Shown: positions 42,100 through 56,508 of the stretch, in pieces
How positions within the stretch are numbered: the stretch's first letter is position 1
Layout of the letters: the number at the start of each line of letters is the position of its first letter
Assembly (NCBI GenBank): GCA_012295275.1
Contig: CM022669.1
Location: 14,880,001-14,944,000 of the forward strand
Origin: Chrysomallon squamiferum
Taxonomy: Eukaryota > Animalia > Mollusca
Direction of reading: 5' to 3'
Length of the DNA: 64,000 bases
Made by a program: the position numbers and the translations under genes
The notes under the pieces: model-generated
The model's database searches: none
Told to the model about the DNA's origin: nothing
The model's input: the letters and a program-made list of their open reading frames with translations, nothing else

Positions 42100-45000
42100 T
42101 TAATCAAAATCTCCAGTCTCATCATCATCTTCTGATTCAGGAGATGTTCCTCTCATATGACGGTTTATTTTTTTCAGACTTTCTTGCAGGAGGTGCAGGT
42201 GAGCATCACTAGGGGGTACAAGTGAGGACAGACTGTCTTCATTGTCTTTCTTTGTTGGCCGAAGTTTGACACCTTTCTTGATAATGCTGAAAATGTCACC
42301 CATTGGATCTGAAAACAGAACTTAATTTTACTGTTGGCTGAACATATAAACAGTAAATGAAACAGTAAATTTTGTGTTGTTGTAGTGATTTTTGTCGGTC
42401 AGTTACAAAAAAAAAACTAGTTTGATACAGTTAATCTAGAAATATAATGATCTAAGCTTGATTTAAATTAATGCACGCACATTTAATAACATATAAGAAT
42501 ATTTTAAACATAAAAAAGATATAATCTTAACTTTTATTAATCAAATATTTATATTTGAAAGAGGATGTTAAAAAAAAATGAAAGAACATTTAAGTGTATA
42601 CACATTTCTAACTCTACTGGTGAAACCATAACTAATATGTTGAAAAATATGTGTAATGATAATAAAATATAAAAAAAAAATACTAACCAACAGAGTGTGC
42701 AGGTTTTACTGGTCTTTCCGAGACAGGTTTCAGGTGACTTTTACTGTTCACAATGTCTTGCAGCTGTGGAACACCACTTCTGAAATCACCTCCAGATTTT
42801 TCACCTTGTCTGTCTTTACTTCCTGAAACACTCTCACTACGAAATGAAGGCACTACCGAAGAAGGAAGAAGTGGAGGAGGAGGTGGGGGGGGGGGGGGTG
42901 GTGGTGGTGGTGGTGGTGGTGCACCAGCGGTAGGTGGAGGAGGTATGTTTGGTGGAGAGGAAGATGATGATGATGATGCTGGCGTTTCATCAAACTGAGA
43001 TGATGTCATTACAGAGCCGTTTACGAAAATTGTAACGCCAATTTCGCCGTCCGTTTTGTCTAGTTTTTGCGGTTTAACAAATTTCTTTCTTTGCTTTGCG
43101 GTTGGCCTCAGCGATGTGAAGGTGGAATCGGGCCGAAGGGAATGCATTCCTCTAGGTGAACTCTGTCTGACATTCAGAGCCAGAGAAGCATTGCTCTGTC
43201 TCGGAGACTGGTATCGTGGTGGTTTTATTGTTACTGGTGCTGGATATTTCTATATACAAAAAAAAAAATTTTTTTTTTATAAAAATAAATAAATAAATAA
43301 AAATAAATAAATAAATAAAATGAAGAAAAATTAATAAAAATAAAACATACCCCAAGAAAAGAATTTCTTTATTATTATTGTAAAAAAAACATAACAAAAG
43401 AAAAAAAATGCAACTACAGATAAAGAATTTTCTAAAATGCTCGTTATAGTTATTATTGTTATAGGATAAAATAAGAAAAAGTTTTTAAAATGTAACAAGA
43501 GTGGATAAATAAATCACTATTAGATTTCTGAATTCATTAATTTTTTTAAGTGAAATTCAAATTCGATATTTAATTTCTGCACACACAGTTATTCAACCAA
43601 ATAATTATGTGGCATTTTTTTTACCTTTAAGAATTAATATGCCATCTATTTCAGTTACATATAAAATGAAATCAGATGCTCAAATACCAGCTGTTGAAAA
43701 ACACCACTGAATTTTGTTCCAAACCAGTGTACAATTATTTTTAGTCTTCCTACCATTTTGTATTGTTTTAATCTGTCAATGGCCTTCTTTCTTTCGTCAG
43801 TTATGAAGTCTTTCTTACTCTCCTCTTCATCTCTTTTTACGTCCTTTTTCTGAAATTGATAAAATAATGAAACAAACCATAATTTAAAACAAAGACAGTA
43901 AAATGAATGGTATTATTGTTAACCATTGTACTTAAGGTGTAGAACATTATTGATGACAAGAAATGAGTTGTGTAGCTACATTATACTTATAGCCTTTGGG
44001 AATTCTCAAAAGCACTGATTTCAATGGAAAAAAAGATAAACAAAATGAATCTAACAATGAAAAAAATATATGCAGGTATATAATTTTTAATTGTTTTTAA
44101 ACTGTGGAAACATTTCTTTAAGACATTTGGTCATCAAAACAAAAAAAAAAAAAAAAAATTGTTAAAATTAATAATAATAATATAAATAAATAAATAAATA
44201 ATGAAATTTCATAATTAAATACAATAAAACAGCAGCAATGATACTGTTTCAGTTTATATTTGAGAAAACAATTTTCATAACATCCAAGCTCCCCACTTAT
44301 AATACTTATTACTGCAACTTATCAACCACAAATTCAACACCATAAAAAAAAAAAAAAAAAAAGAAGTCCTAAAAAAAATAAATAAGAACAGAATAAAACA
44401 AACAACAACACATTCTCAGTATTTATTCAGCAGATTTAAACTGAGTGTGTGAAGAAACATGCAGAGTAGTGGTTCCTGATGACATCTGCATGAATGGTCA
44501 GACGACTTTCTGTTTTAATACTGCATGCCCTTCACTTATTCCAATACATCATTCATTGCATAAAAGTGAAAATAATTTCACAGCAGCAGCTTAAATAAGA
44601 CCTGCACATGACTGACTGCCAGATGGTGACATCAGCCAGTTTGGGAACAATGGATTTAGATAAACACTCACCAACTGAACAGCGTGATGCTGCTTAAATC
44701 TGTCTACCTGTTCTTTTTTCTCTGTGTCCTTCTGCTGACTTTGCTGTTCAAACTGACTCTGAAAATGGTTTTTTTTTTTTTTTTTAAATATCTTTTAAAA
44801 CATGATTTTTCATGAATGTGTAATAACGTCCTTGATAAATAGTACGAGAATTTTTTTTTATTTTAAAAGCATTTTTTCAAACAGCCATTTTTTAAAAAGA
44901 AATATATCTGTATGTAATAACAATAGTCCCCAAAAAAATTAATTTTTAAAATGTGTCTTTCTATAAAAATTTATTTTTAAAAGTTTCTTATCATATATAA

Positions 45001-48000
45001 GTATTTTTTAAAAAAATTTTAAAATTTAATTTATACGTTACAATCCCTTAAAATTTCAAATAGGAGCTTTCAGTATAAATATATATCTTTCTTTTTCATT
45101 TATAATAAATTAAGAACTGGAAACAAGATGTCTTACATTATAATTTAACATAATTCCTTGAAATGCGATGTCTAGATATATCAAGAAATCCCCATCTTTC
45201 CTCACATGTATAAAACAATAAATCAAAGAAAATACATTTAAAATAATAATAATAATAATAAAGTAGTGATTTTCATTAAAAAAATTAAAATAAATAAAAA
45301 AAACCTGTTTATTGCGTAAATTTATTTTTCTTTTCTGGATAGCTGAACGCTTGTTTCTCAGTTCATCTATTATTGGATCTTCTCGTGAACGTTTATCATC
45401 TTCATCAGCAGGCATCAAACTGACATCCTCATAGGCATCATAGAAAACAAGTTTTTCTTCGTCATCTACAAAATAAATAAATAAATAAATAAATAAATAA
45501 AAATTTATAAAAACCTGACAAAACATGAATTAAAATATATATATAATAAAAGCAAATATTTTAAATAAATAAAAACAAAAGACACAGAAAACCTCTCTGT
45601 TGATTAACCAAACATGGAGCTCTGGTTGGAATGGTAATTAGCCTGAAAAAATTAGGAAATGATAGGACAGAAAAAGATAATGGAAAGAAAAAAGAATGAG
45701 AGGCTGGAAAATGAGGTGAACAGAAGGGAAATATCGTTAATTTCATGATATATAAAAAAAAAAAAAATTTAAAATAAAAAAAAATAAAAAAAAATAACAG
45801 TAATATTTGCCTTTTAGTCTTCTTGTGTGTGCTGCAAGCTGAATTTTTACCAGGTTTTCTTCTTCATCCAAGATTTTCATTTGCTGTTTAAATATTTTGT
45901 CCTGCCATTGTATACACTTCTTCTCTAACATTTTCAACTCTCTCATAACAGTGGGAGATTCCTCAATTGTGGCAATCTAAAATATGTGTCATTTTAATAA
46001 TTCAAACATCGTGCCAGTCTGAAGTATGTGTAGGTGTTATTTGTAATGTTTTATCAAACAGTAAAAACAATATAAAGTAGCGTTAATATGCTTCTTACCA
46101 AAATTGAAAAATAAATGTTTCTTTTGAGAAACAAATGATGATTGACAGAACAAAACATTTATATTTTTGAACATCAAGAAAAATTAAAAAAAGAAAAGAA
46201 GAAAAGAAAAAAATCAACAAAAGAAGAAAAGAAATTTTAAAAATCAATAGCATCAGCAATAAATAAATAAAAAAGTTAAAAATGAATAACAAAAATTATT
46301 TTTATACTGAAATAAAATTTTTGTTTAAATTACAATTCATTTTCATAAGCTAACAAAAATTTAAGAGTAAATAAAATAGTTAGATGTAACAAATACAGTG
46401 ATTACCTCCTGTTTGACTTTGTCTCTTTCCTGTATGTACTGTTTTTTCACATTCACTAATAGCTGCTCATTTTCTAGACTCAGATCTTCTTGAAGTCTAG
46501 GAAATTGTTTTATAAAGTATACATAGATATATATATATACACATACACACAAACACAGTCCCACACACATTAAATATAACAAACAGTGACAACAGAAATA
46601 AATTAATATTCAATGAATTAAACATCAGTTCACTGAACATTAATCTTAATTGTGTCCTAAATATTTATTTAATTAAAGAAGCTCTTTAAAGGTTTGCAAG
46701 ATCATCTTCAGCATTCACATTGATATTCCATGCCAAAATTGAAAATACCCATTTACCTCAAAAGCCTTTCTCCTGCAATTAGATCAAATGCATTTCTGCC
46801 AAATTTCTTCTTATCTTCATTCATTCTGGATATCATAGCTGAAATATTAAAATAAATAAATAAATAAATAAATTTACAACAAACAAAAAGAATGAAGCAA
46901 AAACTGTTAAACAAATATGAAATAAAACTTAACTCCCAGAAAGACTCTTTTGTATGTACATATATATATACACACACATACACACACACATATGCACATT
47001 TGTATACAAAAACTGCTATTATATTAACCAGTTGTTTATGAACAAATAAATGCTTGATTAATTAAAATCAATTACTAATTTTTTTATTAAGATCAAGTCA
47101 TTATTAGAACAAGCTGAGAAATATTGTGGGAAATTTAATAATAAAAATATGAATTAGTGATATTTAGATCTTGTCAAATACTTCAGAAGATTGAGCCAAG
47201 CTATTTTTTGTAAAAGAAAAACACCTCTACATTATATGTAATTTGCTAGCACCACTTTCAAATCCTTGTAAATATCAGATATTATTAATTACCTGCATAC
47301 TCCACTGAGCTAAAGCCTAAATGTATCAGTATGATTTGTATCTGATGTTCAGTTTGTTGTTAATTTATCCTTTAATACTGATATGGTAAAATTATAAATA
47401 CAGAAACTATTTAAACACCGGTAAATTATTTGTTGTACAAACCTTTGTAAAATGGAAACATTAATAGTTTTGGTATTGTATTTAATTTACAAACCTTTAA
47501 AAATAATACAGTTTTTTGGTATTGTCGAAACTTTTGTAAATGTAACAAAGTTTGGTATAGTATTTGATATACAGACCTTTGTAAATACTACAAGTTTTAG
47601 TGTAGTACTTGATATAGAGTTCCTGAATGGTGTCAAGAGCTTGTTGGTGATGCTGTTGCCATTCAGCAAACATGTTAACATATTCCTGTTTGACTCTTGC
47701 TCCAATGTTATCATTCTGAAGCTGTTCCTTTGCCTCCTTTAATTTGCTTTTGGCAGCTTCTCGTAAGTCGAGAAATGGCTGCAGCAGATAGTTGTACAGT
47801 TCGGCTAATGCTACATTCAACTTAAACACTGATTCATCTTCTTGCTGGTAAATATCCTGCAAGTCTTTCATCGTGGTGGCATGGTCCCTCTCAAACTGGA
47901 TGTTTTCTAACTCCTCCTCAAACCTCTGAATATTCTCGTCGAAAGCTCTTCTGCGATATTCACTGATGTTTTCGTAGTAGTGACTTTCATCAAACTCTTC

Positions 48001-48421
48001 AAAAAGGGTCGACATTATCAGTTTCCTCTCGACATATTTCCAGTGCTATAGCAAAATAATGTTGCAGTTCCTCGCACAAGGAATCAATATTTTCTGGTGT
48101 TTGGAGACTGCTTACATAAGCCCACAGACCTTGTGGTTCAGAAGGGAGCTCTGGCAGATATGGTGCAAGCGAAGGGTGGATAAGACACAGTATTTCATGA
48201 ATTCCATCGAGTTCGGTGAATGTCAATAAAGCAGTTCTGCTCTGGCAATCTTCTGTGTCGCCAGCAACTCTGCTTCGTAAGCGACACGTTACAGCAACTT
48301 TTTTCTCGACGTCATTCCATCCCACCAGAAATGTCATCTTGGGTGGGATTAAGCTGTCAGCAAATGGACTGTCTCTCACAGCCACCCATCCTTCAAGAGA
48401 ATCAACTCTGTCACACTCCAT
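42100..48421 (-). CDS. WHAMM: WHAMM/JMY-family actin nucleation-promoting factor (single invertebrate WHAMM/JMY orthologue), 9 coding exons, one apparent frameshift
   Basis: Exons 47577-48421 (1-nt frame break near 48025), 46757-46838, 46406-46496, 45811-45976 (GC donor), 45305-45465, 44672-44758, 43754-43849, 42688-43249, 42100-42308. The N-terminus MECDRVDSLEGWVAVR resembles WHAMM (DSLEGWVPVR) and JMY (WVAVR). Other motifs: HPSLAPYLPELPSEPQGLW, YYENISEYR, coiled coils with VFYDAYE, LRNKQ and HHAVQL, a polyproline run, two WH2 motifs (..SHLKPV, ..KKGVKLRPT), a central helix and an acidic tail. WHAMM versus JMY cannot be separated; the symbol is approximate. Confidence 0.9.
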
Positions 48422-50180
48422 GACTACGGCCAAGATTTTTACCCACAGCAGCTGATTCTATTATCACTCACAATCATAGCAATCAGATGGCAGATTTTAT
48501 TCTGAAATATAATTAGCTGTCTTATTACAAATTACATATTCTATATAATAAAATGACAGCTGAGCTTAATTGTTTTTTTTTTTTTATGTCACTGGGACAT
48601 GTTCTTTCATTTAGTCTTTATACTAAACATAAACCAATTTTTACATACATTTTATAGACAATCAGAACAAACCTTTATCAATGGGCATTTTAGAATTAAT
48701 GAAATAATAAATAAATATTTTTATGTTTTGGATGCTTATTTTAAGAATATTTTATTTTAGCTTTTTATGGAAAACTATTTTAAGAACTGCTTTAATTATC
48801 AATTTTCTCACAATTAATTTTTTTAAATTATCATTACAATTAAACATTAACTCATTTTCAAAACTACCAGTGATAAACAACATGTAGCAAGTAAAAGCTT
48901 ATCATATCAACTAGATAATCCAGTTTTCATTTATATTATCTATAATACATAAATACACACATACTGTATTGTTATCAACAAAACAATATACAACAGACAA
49001 GAAAAATAAATCAAACTGATTTAATAAAGATTTTTTTTTTTCATTCATTTTTTAATGACAAAGGTATTCCTACGAATATTATCATTTAATGGTTTATACT
49101 ATAATTTGTAAATTATATTAATGTGCTGATTAGCTTCACTTCTTTAAAAGATCTGCCTAAAGATATATATATATATATTATTGTTTTTACAATTAATTTA
49201 GTGTGTAATTTTTCTCAGACTTACAGTTTTCAAAATAAGCTTTGATTTTTTTATTGTTTAATTTAGTTTTCCCCAATATTTTTCAGTCAGTGTATTTTTA
49301 CCTTTGTAACTTCATTTGTAATATCAGATTTGCTTGTTTCATCAATAATGACGATGATAATGATGATGTTAGAAAACATAATTTAGTCACATTTGAAACA
49401 ACTGATTTTTCAAAACATGTTCTTGAATAACACATGATATTTGGTAACAGTGCTATAGTCCATCAGTCTCTTATGAAACATTCTTATTAATGTTCAAAAT
49501 AATATTATAATATTTTTGATGCAAAAACCTTAGCCAAAAGTCTATAACAATTTTGTAACCCAATTAAATTTTAAAATGATCCATTCACATAAAGTCAATT
49601 TTTATTTTCCTAATATGCCTAATAGTTAGTTTATTTCAAATATCACTTAAAATGTTACTGCTTTTGATATACAACATGAATAGACAACTGTCATTATCAA
49701 ACATTACTGAAAACTGTACTTAATGATTAACTGATTAAGACAATAATCTGAAGAAAAAAATGGGCTAATATACTTGTAATTAAGTTTATATATATAAAAT
49801 AATATTCTATAACTGAGTGCCTGACAATGAGTCGAATTACTAGAATGACTGTCAGTCTGACAGGTATTATACATGTTTGAAACTAGACACAACACATAGT
49901 GAATATATTTGCATATTTATATCAACAACAAACACAAAGAAAAGTCGGAAATATTCACTATTATTGATTAAAATTCTTACCCTCTAAATATCAGTGTTTA
50001 TATACAATTTCTGGTGTATAGTTATAAAATGGAAAATGTATAAATAACGAACTGCACCACGGTCGCTTACTTACTTCAAATCTTTACTTCAAAGCGGAGA
50101 TCATTTGCGGAAACAGTGTAACGAAAGATAAACGAAGATACTGCGAATCGAAATAAACACAAAGTGTGTGTTTACAAAGT

Positions 50181-50262
<82 letters not shown>

Positions 50263-50322
50263 TTATTATTGTTGTTGTTATTATTATTATTAAACCATAA
50301 ATTCTGTAGTCCCCAAGAGGAA

Positions 50323-50366
<44 letters not shown>

Positions 50367-50400
50367 ATAATAAAATACAATAAAATAAAACTAAAATAAT
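50181..50400. repeat. (AAT)n and (AAAT)n microsatellites
   Basis: Directly visible. Confidence 0.9.
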
Positions 50401-50491
50401 AAGAATTGCTTTCAAAAATATTAATTGAAAAATTGACATACTGTTCATCCACCTGTGTCACATGTATGACACTTATATTTAATGAGAACGT

Positions 50492-50537
<46 letters not shown>

Positions 50538-52479
50538 GACACACACACACACACATATATAGTACAACAGCATTTTTTTACTTTAAGTATTTTTTTATAC
50601 CCCTCTTTTATCACACGCGCATTTATTTTTAAAAAGTGTATAACTTATTGACAGAATGTACGTGTTAGATTGTGAATTGATAAATTATAATTTCAAGAAT
50701 TTATGCTAGTTTAAGAAAGTAATAGCTAGTTTTCAGCAAACTGTTTTGTAAATAGAATTTTAAAAATGTTTATTAATACATAAATGCGCTGTAAAACAAT
50801 ATAAAAATAAGCTAGAATAAACACATGTATGAATTGTAGGTGCGCCAAGTCACACTTTATGCGCTCATTGCTAAATTTAGTAACGACTGACAACTCAGCT
50901 CCGAAAGTGAAACATGGTTGCTAGCTTACCATTCGCTTTTGTTAAACTTACTTAAAATGATATTCCTGGTACTCTAAGACACCAACAATAAATTCTCGCG
51001 ATTAACGGCAAATTAAACTCGATTAATCCAAGACATTTTGCTCGAATGTTGAATTAAAAATAAACTAAACATTTTTTTTTTTTTTTTTTTTTTAATACCA
51101 GCAACTGATTTTTAAAACTTGGTTTATTTTTGCTTGAAGTGCTGATTAGCTCCATCAGAGAAAATGCCAACAATAGTCGGATGTTAGGTAACTTTCGTTT
51201 GCAGTCAAATCACAGCAAATATGAAGCTAAGAAAACTCTTTTACCTTTCTGTTTCAAATATCCGACTTATCACATGGTCTCATGATTATAGACATTTTAT
51301 TGTCTCCGATTAATACCTGCACCTCCTTTCTGGAATGGGCTCCAGTTTTAGACGAGTGTGTGTGTTACAGAAGATTTTGGTTAAAGATTAAATGCTTGTT
51401 GTCCTTTTAAGTAATACACACATATTACAGCATCGTTTTTACTTTACCACTAAATATTTAATATTCTTAAGACTGAATAATAAAGGTACATTTGTAAAGA
51501 ATGTTATACTGGGCTATTCAAAGATGTTAGACACATCAGTCTCTTTCTTTTTTTATAAAGTGGCACACTGTGATGTTTTAACTAATTAAAATGCAATAAT
51601 ATGACTGAAATATTACAAATATGTGACAAATATGGAATATTGATAAATGCCAGTTCATTATTGGTGAAACTCAACGAAAATGTTTTTTTGTTGTTTTTAT
51701 TTTCTCAATGTTTAAAGACTTAAATTGTCGAAAAATGCAAATGGCAAGTTTTTTTCACGATCGAAGGCACTGTGTCGAATTCTGTAGTTTCAGGCATGTG
51801 GGCGGAGCTACTAATTACCCTGCAATCTAGAAAACAGGAGCAGGCTACACTTTTTACAAGCGCTATTAACGTCACTGCTGAGGTTATTATATATACGTAG
51901 TAAACAGTTATTTGAAACAATGTGCAGTGTATGTTAACATATTAAAAGTTGAAAAAATGCCAAGTACATTTTAATTAACCTCATGATTTTACAAAAATCC
52001 AATTCCACATTATCCTAATACTCTTTTCCTTTAATCACTGTAATTTTATGCTCGTTTAATATTAAGTATCCTTTTTCCAAACAGGTCTCCAAAATATGTC
52101 TCTTCTAAGAATCAGATGTTTAATGTTGAATAATAGTAAATACGTAATAATAAAAACAGCTTTACATTATCAATACTATTTTGCTTACTCATTTTTGCGT
52201 GACGCCACCGCGTCGATATGTATTTCAGATAAATGACAAAACCGTAAATGGAGTAATAAATGTAATCTCTTTCTTTCAGACGGATTGTATATTTTACATA
52301 CAGATTGTATAGTTCTAACATACATTTACATTATACAAATATTTTAAAGTAAAATTTACACATTTAGTATCATAATTAGTAATGAATCACTCTGTGATTA
52401 TCTTTAATAAAAGTTTCATTCCAATATTCGTCAGTTCATTTTTTAGATACTTTACACAAATCAATTTTTTGCTACGTGC

Positions 52480-52560
52480 AGAATGTTCTAGAATGTTCAT
52501 TATGATTAACCAATCGCTAGAGCCCACAAAAAGAAATCACGTGATATTTTGTTATATAAA
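52480..52560 (+). promoter_or_regulatory. Polyubiquitin core promoter: heat-shock element, CCAAT, E-box, TATA
   Basis: aGAAtgTTCtaGAAtgTTCa (52480-52499) is four perfect alternating nGAAn units. CCAAT at 52510-52514, CACGTG at 52538-52543, TATATAAA at 52553-52560. Confidence 0.85.
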
Positions 52561-52652
52561 GGTATTGTCGGCCAAAGTGAGGCAACGAATGAGTTTCGAA
52601 GAAACAGACGAGTATTGTTTGAAATTATATTGCAGTAAACTACGCTACAAAG

Positions 52653-55080
<2,428 letters not shown>

Positions 55081-56508
55081 ATTCCCCTTGAAGAAGGGGA
55101 CTCTAGTCTAAACATTTAATTAACTGAACAGTTTATATATTTACTTTTCAAATTGTATTTTTTTTTTTTTTTTTAAAGATACAGTAAAAATGTCTTGAAA
55201 TATAACTGTTTTATGTTTTCTTTCATGCATTTGTTTACTTCATTAGTTTTCATTTTAGAATCTTTTGATGGAATGTTTGAGAACTTGTTATATAACTAAA
55301 CTAAAAGCATCTAGTTTAGATCAGCTGTTAATTTGATGTGGTTAAGTACTGGTACAAATACTATTTTAAACAAATGGAAAAATACGAGTTACTGTAAATG
55401 TTCACCAAAATTGTCGTAAAATATTAATGAAAAGTATTCAAATTGATTTAACCATAAAGTCCTGAAAGCAAAAATTCTAATTGCATTGCCACTTGCGAAT
55501 ATAATTTTGTAAAATTATGTGGTGCTGCCAGGCTGAATTTAATGCTTTGTATGCTTTAGTTCCTTAACCTGTCTCGATAGAACTTTTATGTAGATACATG
55601 GACAAAAATTTAAAAATGAATAGTATGGCTGGAGTTTGGAAATCCCATTAAAACGACAAAATCAAGTGAATGTCTTGATTATTGAAAGAGTAATAATTTA
55701 AAAAACTGTGACTGCTACATTCAAACTTTTTTTTATTTTTTTCTGGGCAAAACCAAAAAAAAATAGAAGAAAAACAACCTCAAAACACAAAATGAATTAT
55801 GGAAAAATGGTTCTATTGCCTGTAAAAATAATAGCAGGTGCTTTTTTGATTTGTTAATGGGCATCCATTTTTATTAAGTCCCAAAACATCCAGTAAATCC
55901 CAATATAGTAGTAGGGACACTTTTTTTTTTCATAAGAATTAAGTAATTTTAAGAAGTATAAGTTAACTTGATCCATGCTCAAGAAAGTCATAAAGAAGGA
56001 GCTTATGTCTACCAAGACACTGGCAATCTGATGCTGAACTGACCACACTTCATGCAGTCACAGTAACAGATTACTGCTTGATAGAATTTCAAAGAGAATA
56101 ACATCTATTCCATCTATTTTTCATTCATATTAAATGTAAATAATTCAAGCATGTTGATTTTTAAAAAATCAACAAAGTTGAAGAAAAACGATCAAATTGA
56201 CATTCGAAATCTTTTTATTTATTTTTATTACTATATTGGTGTGGAAATAAATATTAGCACTGTAATAAACCTTTTTACAGGAAGTTCACAAGAAATCCCA
56301 GTTCATGAGGATTTTCCACAAACAAAGTATGCCTCATTACATAAATTTTATTACAAAAAATAAGTAAATAAGGTGAAGGTATACAAAATCAAAATGAATA
56401 CATCTTAAAATGTACAGAAAATGCATAATTTGAATTAATTTTGTGTTGAACTAGTTACGATGCTGAATGCAGTTCTTAACGAGGGAATGTAAACATTTTA
56501 AACTTTTG

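Noticed and set aside
44488-44562. Possible intronic C/D snoRNA on the minus strand (ATGATGT..CTGA with ATGAATG/CATTCAT ends)
   Set aside because: Imperfect C box overlapping the stem and no rRNA-complementary guide recognised. It would need snoscan or small-RNA data.
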